Positions 1 to 9,054 of a stretch of DNA of 46,358 nt are shown in pieces. The stretch spans positions 1 through 46,358 of the forward strand of contig CAZPQW010000026.1 in assembly GCA_964588985.1 (NCBI GenBank), given 5' to 3'. A program made the translations under genes and the position numbers. The stretch comes from an uncultured Solirubrobacteraceae bacterium. GTDB taxonomy: Bacteria > Actinomycetota > Thermoleophilia > Solirubrobacterales > Solirubrobacteraceae. The notes beneath the pieces are model-generated. The model did not search any database. It saw only the letters and a list, made by a program, of their open reading frames with translations, and was not told the origin of the DNA. The stretch's first letter is position 1. Every line of letters starts with the position of its first letter.

Positions 1-2
1 CC

Positions 3-224
3 GGCGCGCTCGTGATCATCGCCCAGAAGGCGCAGACGCGGACCGACAAGGCCAATGAGGAAGCTGCCGCCAAACATCGCGACGAGCTCGGGAATTACCA
101 GACCGAACTGCTCAAGAAGAACACTGACCTGACCGAGCAGATCCACACGCTCAGCGAGCGGCTGAGCACGCTCACGCAGGAGGTTCACGAGGCGACGTGT
201 CGGCACGGTGCGGCGCCAGCCTGA
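3..224 (+). CDS. C-terminal fragment of a membrane protein, probably DUF1003 family (5'-truncated by window edge)
   Basis: Open frame from the window start. GALVIIAQKAQTRTDKA followed by a coiled-coil-like tail resembles the DUF1003 '(P)LILxAQNRQxxRD' region; recognition from memory only. Confidence 0.4.
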   Translation, partial: GALVIIAQKAQTRTDKANEEAAAKHRDELGNYQTELLKKNTDLTEQIHTLSERLSTLTQEVHEATCRHGAAPA

Positions 225-247
225 CCGCACCGTCTGCGGGAGCGAGG

Positions 248-276
248 TGTAACGCTTCGCCGCCAGCCGGCCATTA
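248..276 (+). promoter_or_regulatory. Putative ECF-type autoregulatory promoter (-35 TGTAAC, -10 CCATTA)
   Basis: TGTAAC at 248-253, 17-nt spacer, CCATTA at 271-276, 7 nt before GTG 284. The AAC motif in -35 is typical of ECF promoters. Confidence 0.4.
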
Positions 277-283
277 CCCAGTT

Positions 284-808
284 GTGGATCGACGTGTGCG
301 CTTCGAGTTGCTGTACGCGAAACATGCCGTGGCCGTGAAGGCCTACGTGCTCCGCCGCGCGGATGCAGCGAGTGCCGATGACGTGGTGGCGGAGGTGTTC
401 GTGGTGTGCTGGCGGCGCTTCGAGGAGGTGCCGTCCGATCCGCTGCCGTGGCTGCTGGGCGTGGCGCGACGCGTGTTGAGCACTCAGCGGCGCGGCGAGC
501 GCAGGCGTGTGGCGCTGAGGGAGCGCCTCGGCGAGGTCTCCGAGCCGGAGTCGACGGCTCTTCAGGTCGTCGAGGACGGCGTGCTGGTCGCCGCGCTTGC
601 ACGGTTGAGCGATCGCGATCGCGAGCTACTGCTGTTGATCGCGTGGGACGGCATGTCGCCCACTCAGGCTGCCGCGATCCTTGGCGTGAAGCCCGCCACC
701 GTTCGGGTGCGTCTGCTGCGCGCACGGCGGCGCTTGGCCCACGCGCTCGATCACGCCGAGTCCGTCCCGCTCCCCTGCACACCGCTGTCGATGGAGGTTT
801 TGCCATGA
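284..808 (+). CDS. RNA polymerase sigma-70 factor, ECF subfamily
   Basis: Region 2 (ADDVVAEVFVVCWRR...WLLGVARR) and region 4 (LARLSDRDRELLLLIAWDGMSPTQAAAILGVKPATVRVRLLRARRRL). Start placed at GTG 284 rather than 197. Confidence 0.93.
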   Translation: MDRRVRFELLYAKHAVAVKAYVLRRADAASADDVVAEVFVVCWRRFEEVPSDPLPWLLGVARRVLSTQRRGERRRVALRERLGEVSEPESTALQVVEDGVLVAALARLSDRDRELLLLIAWDGMSPTQAAAILGVKPATVRVRLLRARRRLAHALDHAESVPLPCTPLSMEVLP

Positions 809-1866
809 CCACCGATGTGATGAGTCGCCTCGCGGCGGCTGACCCGGTGACCGACACGCCGTCAGTCGAGCCTCCGGAGCGTTTGCGACGGCTGATCGAA
901 GACGATGAGTCGTCGCCCATGCTGGGCATCGAGAGCTCGCGGCGGCCCGGCGGTTACGGCAGGCGGGCACTTGCAGGCCTCTTGCTTGCGGGCATCACGA
1001 GCGCGGCGGTGCTTCTGTTCGGCGGAGGCGCCTCCGATCGGGATCTGAACGTGGCCGCGGAGGCCTATGCGGCCACCTCACCGCAGCCGGGGATCGTGGA
1101 AGCCGTCTTCCTGGCCCGCAGCTTCAGGGAAGGCAGACTTGCGACGCTGCGCCAGCAGGAGTGGCTGGACGCGACGACGGGGCAGCGGCGGGAACTGAAC
1201 ACGCTCGACGAACCAAGCGGCCGAAAGCCGTTCCATCAGGTCACAGATTGGGCGTTCTCGCGACGACTCGTGGAGGAATGGGCCCCTTCGTCGCAGCAGG
1301 GCCTGCTGCAGGTGAAGCGCCTACCGACCGGTGCGCGGTTCAAGGAAGTGGTTCTTGTTCAGCACACGCTCGCCAACCTGAAGATGCACATCGCCTTCAG
1401 GGGCATAGGGATGGACGGGATCGAAGGCGTCGCATACTTCCGCAGCCTCTATCGCGAAGGTCACATGAGGCTCGCCGGGCGCGTGCGCCATGGCACGAAG
1501 AACCTGTGGAAGCTGGAAAGCCCCGTGATCGTCAAACGCTTCGACGGCCGCTCCGGTGGCTGGTCGACCGGCGAAGCCCACACTCGTCTGATTGTGCTCG
1601 TGGATCCGAAGACATTCCTACCGGTCACCGAGATGCAGATCGACGTGGGCGAGCGTGGGCACCCGCGCGTGCTCGTCGAAAGCAACCTCCTGAGCTATCG
1701 CCAGCTCCCCGTCGGCGGACCCGGGCTCGAGATCTTCGATCTTGTCGCCCAGCATCCCGGCGCTCGCGTGATCGAGGTGCCACCGAGGTTCCCGAAGTTC
1801 ATGCGCATGAAGAGGAGGTCCCGGCACGCTGCGCGCAGATCCGTGCAGGTTGGTGGTCGCGGGTGA
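805..1866 (+). CDS. Single-pass membrane protein, probable cognate anti-sigma factor (CU044_5270-like, LolA/RseB-like outer domain)
   Basis: ATGA overlap with the sigma stop. N-terminal MTTDVMSRLAAADPV, one TM helix (ALAGLLLAGITSAAVLLFGG), beta-rich outer domain with IVLVDPKTFLPV. Confidence 0.7.
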   Translation: MTTDVMSRLAAADPVTDTPSVEPPERLRRLIEDDESSPMLGIESSRRPGGYGRRALAGLLLAGITSAAVLLFGGGASDRDLNVAAEAYAATSPQPGIVEAVFLARSFREGRLATLRQQEWLDATTGQRRELNTLDEPSGRKPFHQVTDWAFSRRLVEEWAPSSQQGLLQVKRLPTGARFKEVVLVQHTLANLKMHIAFRGIGMDGIEGVAYFRSLYREGHMRLAGRVRHGTKNLWKLESPVIVKRFDGRSGGWSTGEAHTRLIVLVDPKTFLPVTEMQIDVGERGHPRVLVESNLLSYRQLPVGGPGLEIFDLVAQHPGARVIEVPPRFPKFMRMKRRSRHAARRSVQVGGRG

Positions 1867-1876
1867 GCCGGCTCGC

Positions 1877-2566
1877 TCACTCCCACCGCATCGACTGAGG
1901 CGCCTCGCGCATCCGAATGACACGCGCCGGCACCCCGCCGACGACCGCGTTGGCGGGCACATCCTTCGGCACAACCGCGCTCGTGCCGATGATGCTGTTC
2001 TCGCCGACGGTGACGCCGCGCAGGATGCAGGCGCCGTAGCCGATCCAGACGTTGTGTCCGACGCGGACGTCGCGCTTGTAGATGCCCTGCTGGCGGATCG
2101 GACGGTCGACTTCGGTGACGCCGTGGTCGAAGTCGATGAGCATGACGCGGTCGGCGACGATGCACTCGCGCCCGATGGAGACGTGCTGGAAGGCGGAGAT
2201 GGTGCACTCCTGGCCCATGACGGTCTTCGCGCCGATGGAGACTTCGCCCTCGTGGACGCGGAGCTTGGTGCCGTGTCCGATCCACGCCCAGCGCCCGATG
2301 CGCAGCGTGGCGCCCCGGCCGATCTCGAGCTTGACGTGCGGGCAGATGAAGCACAGCCCGTCGGTCTGCAGCCGTCCGCGGTAGCGGAGCTTGAGCCAGA
2401 CGTAGCGCGCGAGCAGGTGCGCATACTGGCGTCTGAGCATGTGGTTGTCGCGCATGAAGCGCGCCAGCGCGAGCGGGCCGCCGTGCAGCGGCTCGGGCGC
2501 GCGCCTGATCGCGTCCGCGATCTGCTCCGTGGAGGTGGCGGCGGCGGGGTCGGCGAGGAGCTCCAT
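1877..2566 (-). CDS. Hexapeptide-repeat (left-handed beta-helix) acyltransferase, maltose/galactoside O-acetyltransferase-like
   Basis: Repeats IGRGATLRIG, VSIGAKTVMG, VRVGHNVWIG, GVTVGENSIIG, and terminal VVPKDVPANAVVGGVPARVIR. Confidence 0.9.
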   Translation of the reverse strand: MELLADPAAATSTEQIADAIRRAPEPLHGGPLALARFMRDNHMLRRQYAHLLARYVWLKLRYRGRLQTDGLCFICPHVKLEIGRGATLRIGRWAWIGHGTKLRVHEGEVSIGAKTVMGQECTISAFQHVSIGRECIVADRVMLIDFDHGVTEVDRPIRQQGIYKRDVRVGHNVWIGYGACILRGVTVGENSIIGTSAVVPKDVPANAVVGGVPARVIRMREAPQSMRWE

Positions 2567-2635
2567 GGGGGTCGAATCGTATGGGACCGCCGGGTCGGCG
2601 TACTGCGGAGACGGCCCCTGCGATGATGCCGCTCG

Positions 2636-3622
2636 ATGACCGAGCTCTCACTCGCACAGCGCCTGCTCGACGGCGACCGCCGCGCGCTGGCGCGCGCGAT
2701 CACGTGGGTGGAGAACGACCGGCCGGAGGGCTGGGAGCTGGTGCGCGAGATCTACCCGCACACGGGCAACGCGGAGGTGGTCGGCTTCACGGGGCCGCCA
2801 GGCGCGGGCAAGTCGACGCTGATCGGCGCGCTGACGAAGGCGCGACGCGAAGCGGGGCGCAGCGTTGGGGTGCTGTCGATCGATCCCTCCTCGCCGTTTA
2901 CGCACGGCGCGCTGCTGGGGGATCGCATCCGTCTGACGGAGCACTTCCTCGACCAGGGCGTGTTCATCCGCTCGATGGCCAACCGCGGCGCGCTGGGCGG
3001 GCTGTCCGAGGCGGCGCTGCAGGCGGCGCTGCTGCTCGACGCGGCCGGTCGTCAGGACGTGTTCGTGGAGACGGTGGGGGTGGGGCAGGCGGAGATCGAC
3101 ATCATCGACCACGCGGACACGATCGTGCTCGTGCTGATGCCCGGCTCGGGCGACTCGATCCAGGCGCTGAAGGCGGGGGTGATGGAGATCCCGGACGTGA
3201 TCGTGATCAACAAGGCCGACCACCCGTTGACCGACACGATGGTCCGCGAGATCCGCGGGGTGCTGTCGCTGGCGAACCTCGACCGCACTCCGGAGGAGGT
3301 GCGCGGCAGCTGGCGCGTGCCGATCGTGAAGACCGAGGCGCACCGCGGCCGGGGCGTCGACGAGCTCGTCACGGCCCTGTCAGAGCACCGCGAGCACATC
3401 CTCGCGAGCGGGCAGCTTGAGGTCCGCCGCGGGCGCAACCTGCGCAACGAGGTGCTCGCGATCGCGACGGCGCGCATGCGCAGGCGCCTGGAGGAGGAGC
3501 TGGGCGAGGACGCGGAGTTCCAGCGGCTGCTGGAGGAAGTGGTGCAGCGGCGGTTGGACCCGGCGAGCGCGGCGACGGAGTTGTTGGAGCGCCAGTCGGC
3601 TGCTCAGCGGTCGGTCACGTGA
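2636..3622 (+). CDS. meaB: Methylmalonyl-CoA mutase-associated GTPase MeaB (ArgK/LAO-AO family)
   Basis: P-loop GFTGPPGAGKST, DPSSPFTHGALLGDRIR, ETVGVGQ, NKAD. Confidence 0.95.
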   Translation: MTELSLAQRLLDGDRRALARAITWVENDRPEGWELVREIYPHTGNAEVVGFTGPPGAGKSTLIGALTKARREAGRSVGVLSIDPSSPFTHGALLGDRIRLTEHFLDQGVFIRSMANRGALGGLSEAALQAALLLDAAGRQDVFVETVGVGQAEIDIIDHADTIVLVLMPGSGDSIQALKAGVMEIPDVIVINKADHPLTDTMVREIRGVLSLANLDRTPEEVRGSWRVPIVKTEAHRGRGVDELVTALSEHREHILASGQLEVRRGRNLRNEVLAIATARMRRRLEEELGEDAEFQRLLEEVVQRRLDPASAATELLERQSAAQRSVT

Positions 3623-4340
3623 GCGAGCGGGCGGTGGGCGAGCGCGGCACCGATCGCTGGTCGGGCAGCGTGCCGATGACGCGGTCGCCGACGGTCGAGG
3701 TCACACCGAACCAGTAGCGCTCGTTCTTGTAGTGGTGCAGGCGGTGGTTGCGCCAGATCGCCTTGTAGTAGCGCCGTCGCGCATGGTGTGGGGTGTGGAT
3801 GAGGAAGTGCGTCCACTCGTACGCCGCGAGGATCGCGAAGCTCGCGGCGATACCCGTCGTCGCACATGCCAGACGGGGGCCGCCGATCACGAGCTGTATC
3901 GGGAACGACATCGCCCAGTTGACGGCCGCGATCGCGGCAAGGAACACGAGCACGGCGTAGACAGGGATGAGGACCCCCTCGAGCACGGCGGGCGCCTCGT
4001 GATGAGCGCGGTGCTCGCGTGCGCTGATGAGCTCGATCCTGCGCCCGAGCAGTGTGAAGGGGCGAGCGTGCAGCAGGTACACGTGGATAGCCCACTCCAC
4101 GAACGGCGTCACCGCGATCAGGCCGGCGACCATCACGAGGTCGCGCCAGCCGAACTGGCCCTGGACGGCGCGCCCGGCGAACGCGAGCACGACCGCGCCG
4201 AACAGGTAGGGGGGCGAGGGCTGGTGCACGAACACGCGGGCGCAGTCGAGCAGCGACGGGTCACCGGCGCGTCTGGTCGGCACCGCCTCCACGGGCGCTG
4301 TCAGAGCGTCGCCATCAACTGGTGCCACCAGTTCGGACAT
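3615..4340 (-). CDS. Fatty acid hydroxylase / sterol desaturase superfamily membrane di-iron enzyme
   Basis: Four His boxes (EWAIHVYLLH, HRAHH, YEWTHFLIH, HRLHH), TM helices, and FGVTS..GDR..GT tail. Confidence 0.9.
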   Translation of the reverse strand: MSELVAPVDGDALTAPVEAVPTRRAGDPSLLDCARVFVHQPSPPYLFGAVVLAFAGRAVQGQFGWRDLVMVAGLIAVTPFVEWAIHVYLLHARPFTLLGRRIELISAREHRAHHEAPAVLEGVLIPVYAVLVFLAAIAAVNWAMSFPIQLVIGGPRLACATTGIAASFAILAAYEWTHFLIHTPHHARRRYYKAIWRNHRLHHYKNERYWFGVTSTVGDRVIGTLPDQRSVPRSPTARSLT

Positions 4341-4375
4341 CGTGTATCGATGCTAACCGAGTAGGCTCGCGTGTC

Positions 4376-4822
4376 ATGGACTATCTCAAGTGGGCCGATC
4401 GAAACTGGTCGCTGCTGCTGCGGCTGATGGGCGGGCACACGGCGGTCTACCGCGCGACCAACGGCCTGGTCGGGCATCGCTTTCCGGGTGCTCCACCGAC
4501 GCTCTTGCTCGACCACGTGGGCGCCAAGACCGGCACGAAGCGCACGAGCCCGCTGGTGTATGGGGTCGACGGCGAGAACCTCATACTGGTGGCGTCCAAG
4601 GGCGGCTATCCGAAGAACCCCGGGTGGTTCCACAACCTGGCGGCGAACCCCGACACGACCGTGCAGGTCGGGTCTGAGAAGCGCAAAGTCCACGCGCGCG
4701 TCGCCGATGCCTCTGAGCGCGAGCGTGTGTGGGCGCTGATGGTGAAGGTCTACGGCGGCTACGAAAGCTATCGCCGCCGTACCGAGCGGGAGATCCCGCT
4801 GGTGGTGCTTGAGCCGCGCTGA
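4376..4822 (+). CDS. F420-dependent (deazaflavin) nitroreductase family oxidoreductase, Ddn-like
   Basis: GAKTGTKRTSPL, VASKGGYPKNPGWFHNLAANP, YRRRTEREIPLVVL. Start at ATG 4376. Confidence 0.92.
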   Translation: MDYLKWADRNWSLLLRLMGGHTAVYRATNGLVGHRFPGAPPTLLLDHVGAKTGTKRTSPLVYGVDGENLILVASKGGYPKNPGWFHNLAANPDTTVQVGSEKRKVHARVADASERERVWALMVKVYGGYESYRRRTEREIPLVVLEPR

Positions 4823-4873
4823 GCACCGAATGAATCCGCTAGGGCATCCTAAGCGCACCGTACGGTCTTGGAT

Positions 4874-5170
4874 GTGTTCGTCGAGCATCCTCAGGCCATC
4901 GATCCAGACGGTCGTCGCGTCGTCTTCGACACGGGTTCGTGGCGCCATCTGGCTCGACGCCGCCGCTGGCTGCTAGAGCACATCGGAGTGATTATGGGCA
5001 CGGTGGCTCGGCCCGACTTCCACTCGCTGGATGCCACGCCAGGCCGGGAGCGTTTCTATCCTCAGCACATCGAGCCGAACCGCTGGCTGCGAGTAGTCGT
5101 AGACTTCAGCGAGGATCCAGGCTGGGTCGTTACGGCGGTTGTGCAGGACAATGATCCCCGGGGACTGTAG
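4874..5170 (+). CDS. Small protein, putative BECR/RelE-like (DUF4258-like) ribonuclease toxin
   Basis: About 98 aa with pattern W-x-H-L...I...V..P...LRVVVD...WVVTAV, directly upstream of a DUF2283-like gene. Start GTG 4874 (TTG 4868 also possible). Confidence 0.6.
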   Translation: MFVEHPQAIDPDGRRVVFDTGSWRHLARRRRWLLEHIGVIMGTVARPDFHSLDATPGRERFYPQHIEPNRWLRVVVDFSEDPGWVVTAVVQDNDPRGL

Positions 5171-5172
5171 CT

Positions 5173-5448
5173 ATGACAATCACCATCGCTGGCATCGTCT
5201 TTGACTATCACGACTACGACGAGCGTGGGGACGTGCTGTACCTGCATGTGGGTGAGCCAGAAGACCCTCCTGCGAGGGCTCTCGAGACGCCCGAGGGACA
5301 CACGGTCGAGTACGACAAAGATGGCGAGATCGTCGGGCTCGAGCTGACCGGCGTCCGCGGAGCGCTAGAGCGTGAGGGAGATGTTCAACTCACGTGGCCT
5401 CCAGCCCATTTGGCAGCAAGCACTCTAGGTCCGGCGCTCGCCGCCTGA
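5173..5448 (+). CDS. DUF2283-domain protein, putative antitoxin
   Basis: YDERGDVLYL...GHTVEYDKDGEIVGLEL matches the DUF2283 pattern (YDxxxDxLYI...DxxGxIVGIEI). Acidic, 2 nt after the upstream stop. Confidence 0.75.
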   Translation: MTITIAGIVFDYHDYDERGDVLYLHVGEPEDPPARALETPEGHTVEYDKDGEIVGLELTGVRGALEREGDVQLTWPPAHLAASTLGPALAA

Positions 5449-5477
5449 GCCTCGCGGCAAAAGCGGGTCATTGAGCC

Positions 5478-6641
5478 CTACGCCCCCAGCGCCCGCGCGA
5501 TCACCATCTGCTGCACCTCGTCGGTGCCCTCGCCGATCGTGAGAATCTTGGCGTCGCGATAGAAACGGCAGACGGGGTACTCCTCGATGAAGCCGTAGCC
5601 GCCGTGTATCTGGACGGCCTCCTCGGCGCAGCGAACGGCGAGGCGGCCGGTCTTGAGCTTGGCCTGCGCGGCGGTGAGGGTGAAGTTGCGCCCGGCGTCC
5701 TTCTCGCGCGCGGCCTTGTACACCAGCAGTCGCGCGGCGGCGATCTCGGTGGACATGTCGGCGAGCTTGCCCTGTATGGCCTGGAACTTGGAGATCGCCT
5801 GGCCGAACGCCCTGCGCTCTTTGGCGTACTTGAGCGCCTCGTCGAGCGCGCCCTGCGCGAGCCCGACGCCCATCGCGGCGACGCCGATGCGGCCGATGTC
5901 GAGGATGTGCAGGAACTGCTTGAAGCCCGCGCCGCGCGGCCCCAGCAGGTTGGCCTCGGGCACACGGCAGCCGGTGAACGTGAGCGGGCGCGTGTCCGAC
6001 GCGTTCCAGCCCATCTTCCGGTACGGCTCGCCCTGCTCGTAGCCGGGTGTGCCGTTGGCGACGATCAGGTTTGAGATCTCTCGGGTCGCGTCGCTGTTTG
6101 CGCCGTCGGCCGCGTCGGAGGTGACGGCCGTGATGCAGACGACGCCCGAGATGCGGGTACCGGCGTTGGTGATGAACTGCTTCGCTCCGTCGATCGACCA
6201 TTCGCCGCCGTCGAGGCGTGCGCGGGTGCGCGTGTTGCCGGCGTCGGAGCCGGCCTCCGGCTCGGTGAGTCCGAACGCGCCGAGCTTTTCGCCCGAGCAC
6301 AGCTGCGGCATCCACTCGCGCTTCTGCTCCTCGCTGCCGAACAGGTAGATCGGCTGGGTGCCGAGCGAGGTGTGCGCGCACAGGGTGATCGCGACTGATG
6401 AGTCCACACGCGTGAGTTCCTCGACCGCGAGCGCGTATGCGAGCGTGTCGCCTCCGCCACCGCCGTACTCCTCGGGGAAGGGGATGCCCATCAGGTTCAG
6501 CTTGCCGAGCTGCTCGACGATCTCGTACGGGAAGGACTTCGTGCGGTCGAGCTCCTCCGCGACGGGGGCGACCTCGCCCTCTGCGAATTCGCGCACCGTG
6601 CGTCTGATCAGCTCATGGTCTGGCGATAGGTCGAAATCCAT
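5478..6641 (-). CDS. Acyl-CoA dehydrogenase (short/branched-chain type)
   Basis: FGLTEPEAGSD, GAKQFITN, QIHGGYG, IGEGTDEVQ. Start at ATG 6641 (MDFDLS). Confidence 0.95.
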   Translation of the reverse strand: MDFDLSPDHELIRRTVREFAEGEVAPVAEELDRTKSFPYEIVEQLGKLNLMGIPFPEEYGGGGGDTLAYALAVEELTRVDSSVAITLCAHTSLGTQPIYLFGSEEQKREWMPQLCSGEKLGAFGLTEPEAGSDAGNTRTRARLDGGEWSIDGAKQFITNAGTRISGVVCITAVTSDAADGANSDATREISNLIVANGTPGYEQGEPYRKMGWNASDTRPLTFTGCRVPEANLLGPRGAGFKQFLHILDIGRIGVAAMGVGLAQGALDEALKYAKERRAFGQAISKFQAIQGKLADMSTEIAAARLLVYKAAREKDAGRNFTLTAAQAKLKTGRLAVRCAEEAVQIHGGYGFIEEYPVCRFYRDAKILTIGEGTDEVQQMVIARALGA

Positions 6642-6683
6642 GACGGGCATTCTCACAGGTCGCGTGATCTAGCATTGCCGCGC

Positions 6684-7475
6684 GTGAGCCGCCGGCGCCT
6701 GATCCTGGATGTGCTCAAGCGCGGACGCACGTTCAGCTACGGACCCGACCGCTCGCAGCGCGCCGATCTGCACCTGCCGTCAGGGCCGGGGCCGCACCCT
6801 GTGATGGTGGTCATCCACGGCGGCTCCTGGCAGGCACGCTATGGGCGGATCGTGATGAGAGCGGTGATCGGCGACTTGACGAGGCGCGGCTGGGCGGCGT
6901 GGAACATCGAGTACCGGCGGGTGGGAAACGGCGGGGGATGGCCGCACACGTTCGAAGACGTGGCCGCCGCGATCGATCACCTCGTCGAGCTGGACGCGCC
7001 GCTGGACCTCGACAGGGTGGAGGTGCTCGGCCACTCTGCCGGAGGGCACCTCGCGCTGTGGGCAGCCAGTCGCGAGAAGCTCGAGCTGGGCATGCCGGGG
7101 CATCTCACAGGCGCGCCGCGCGTGCGCCTGCGGCGGGCGATCTCTCAGGCCGGCGTGTGCGATCTCGAAGGTGCATACAGGCGCTGGCGGGGTGGCGCGG
7201 TGCTGGCGCTGATGGGGGACAGCCCCGAGCAGGCGCCCGGGCGCTACGGCTCAGCCGATCCGGTGCGTCTGGCGCCCGCGAACATGCCTGTGCTCCTCGT
7301 GCACGGCGTCGCCGATGAGACCGTCTCGGTCAAGCTGAGCCGCAGCTACGCGCGCGCCGCGCAGGCTGCCGGCGGTGAGGTCGAACTGGTGGAGATCGAG
7401 GGTGACGCGGGTCGCCACCGCGCGCATATCGACCCGCGCGGGGTCGCGTGGGCGGCCGTGACTGAGCGTCTCTAG
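6684..7475 (+). CDS. Alpha/beta hydrolase (HSL-like esterase/lipase)
   Basis: HGGSW oxyanion motif, GHSAGG nucleophile elbow, HGVADETV. Shares a CTAG stop overlap with pepA. Confidence 0.9.
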   Translation: MSRRRLILDVLKRGRTFSYGPDRSQRADLHLPSGPGPHPVMVVIHGGSWQARYGRIVMRAVIGDLTRRGWAAWNIEYRRVGNGGGWPHTFEDVAAAIDHLVELDAPLDLDRVEVLGHSAGGHLALWAASREKLELGMPGHLTGAPRVRLRRAISQAGVCDLEGAYRRWRGGAVLALMGDSPEQAPGRYGSADPVRLAPANMPVLLVHGVADETVSVKLSRSYARAAQAAGGEVELVEIEGDAGRHRAHIDPRGVAWAAVTERL

Positions 7476-8926
7476 GCGCAGTAGGACTTCGCGAGCTCGA
7501 CAAGCAACCGCACGCCGTAGCCGGACGCGCCCTTGCCGACGTATGCGCGGTCGAGGTCCCACGCCGACCCGGCGATGTCCAGGTGCGCCCACGGGACCTC
7601 GCCGACGAAGTTGGAGAGGAAGCTCCCGCCGACGATCGTGCCCGCCTTGCGCGCTTCGGGCGCGTTGTCGAGGTCGCCGTATTTGCCCTTGATCAGCTCG
7701 CTGTACTCGTCGTGCAGCGGCAGCCGCCAGACGATCTCGCCCGTGCTCGAGCCCGCGGCGTCGATGCGCGCGGCGAGCTCGTCGTCGTTGCTCATCAGCC
7801 CCGCGTAGGTGGATCCGAGCGCGACGATCACCGCGCCGGTGAGCGTTGCCAGGTCGACGATCTGCTCCGCGCCCTGCGCGACCGCGTGGCAGAGGCAGTC
7901 CGCGAGCACCAGTCGACCCTCGGCATCGGTGTTGTTGACCTCGATCGTCTTGCCGTTGGAGGCGGTGACGATGTCGCCCGGCTTGATCGAGCGTCCGCTC
8001 GGGAGGTTCTCCGTGGCGCCCACCACAGCGACGAGCTTCACCGGCAGCTGCAGTTGCGCGATCGCCGCGACGGCCTCGATCACGGCGGCGCCGCCGGACA
8101 TGTCGAACTTCATGTCGGCCATCTTCGCCCCGGGCTTCAGCGAGATGCCGCCGCTGTCGAACGTGACGGCCTTGCCGACCAGGCCGAGCGTGGGGCCCTG
8201 CGCGTTCGGTCCTTCGTATCTGATGGTGATCAGCGCCGGCTCCTGCTCGGAGCCTTGGGCGACCGCGGCGAAAGCGCCCATGCCGCGGTCCACGATGCCG
8301 CTGCGTCCCTCGACCTCGACGGACAGCGCGGCGTGCTCGCGGCCGAGCGCGGTTGCGTAATCGCCGAGCGCGGTGGGCGTGAGGTCGTTTCCGGGGCGGT
8401 TCTGCAGGTCGCGCGCTCGGTTGACGGCTTCGCCGACGATCGTCGCCTCCGCGATGGTGGCCGCGAGCCCCTCAGGGCCAGAGACGATCAGGCTCTCGAG
8501 GTGCTTCGGCGGCGCGTCCGCGGCGTCGGTGTCCGAATCGGACTTGTGGCGGTCGAAGCGGTAGTCGCCGAGCAGCGTGCCCTCCACGAGCGCCGTCGCG
8601 ACCGCGGGCTCGCCGTCGGCGGGGAGGAGCCAGCAGAGCGTCCGTGCGGAGAGTTCGCGTGCGCGAGCGACGGCGATCGAGGCCGCCACGCGCGCTCGCT
8701 CCGGAGTGAAGTCCTTGTGCGCCCCCAGCCCCACGGTCAGCCAGCGCTTGCCGTCGGCGTGGGTGAGAGCGAGGGACTTGAAGGCGGGGCGCGCCTCTCC
8801 CGAGGCGATCAGATCTACGAGCTCCGCGGGCGTGTCGGCGGGAGCACTCTCGCCCTCGAAGAGACCCACGGCGACGGTGTCGGCGTCGCTCGTACCACCT
8901 GCTTGGACTGTCGCGGATACGTGCAT
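7472..8926 (-). CDS. pepA: Leucyl aminopeptidase (M17)
   Basis: VGKAVTFDSGGISLKP, MKFDMSGG, NTDAEGRLVLAD, DLATLTGA, WAHLDIAG. Confidence 0.96.
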   Translation of the reverse strand: MHVSATVQAGGTSDADTVAVGLFEGESAPADTPAELVDLIASGEARPAFKSLALTHADGKRWLTVGLGAHKDFTPERARVAASIAVARARELSARTLCWLLPADGEPAVATALVEGTLLGDYRFDRHKSDSDTDAADAPPKHLESLIVSGPEGLAATIAEATIVGEAVNRARDLQNRPGNDLTPTALGDYATALGREHAALSVEVEGRSGIVDRGMGAFAAVAQGSEQEPALITIRYEGPNAQGPTLGLVGKAVTFDSGGISLKPGAKMADMKFDMSGGAAVIEAVAAIAQLQLPVKLVAVVGATENLPSGRSIKPGDIVTASNGKTIEVNNTDAEGRLVLADCLCHAVAQGAEQIVDLATLTGAVIVALGSTYAGLMSNDDELAARIDAAGSSTGEIVWRLPLHDEYSELIKGKYGDLDNAPEARKAGTIVGGSFLSNFVGEVPWAHLDIAGSAWDLDRAYVGKGASGYGVRLLVELAKSYCA

Positions 8927-9054
8927 TGCCCGGACGATATCCAGGTTGTGAGCGATTCGTCCCCCGACGCCTCACCGTGGGAATCGAACGGCCGTCCACT
9001 ACCATTCTCGCTCTCCAGTCCCTTCGCATCGACCTACAGGAGAGTCCCGCTCAC

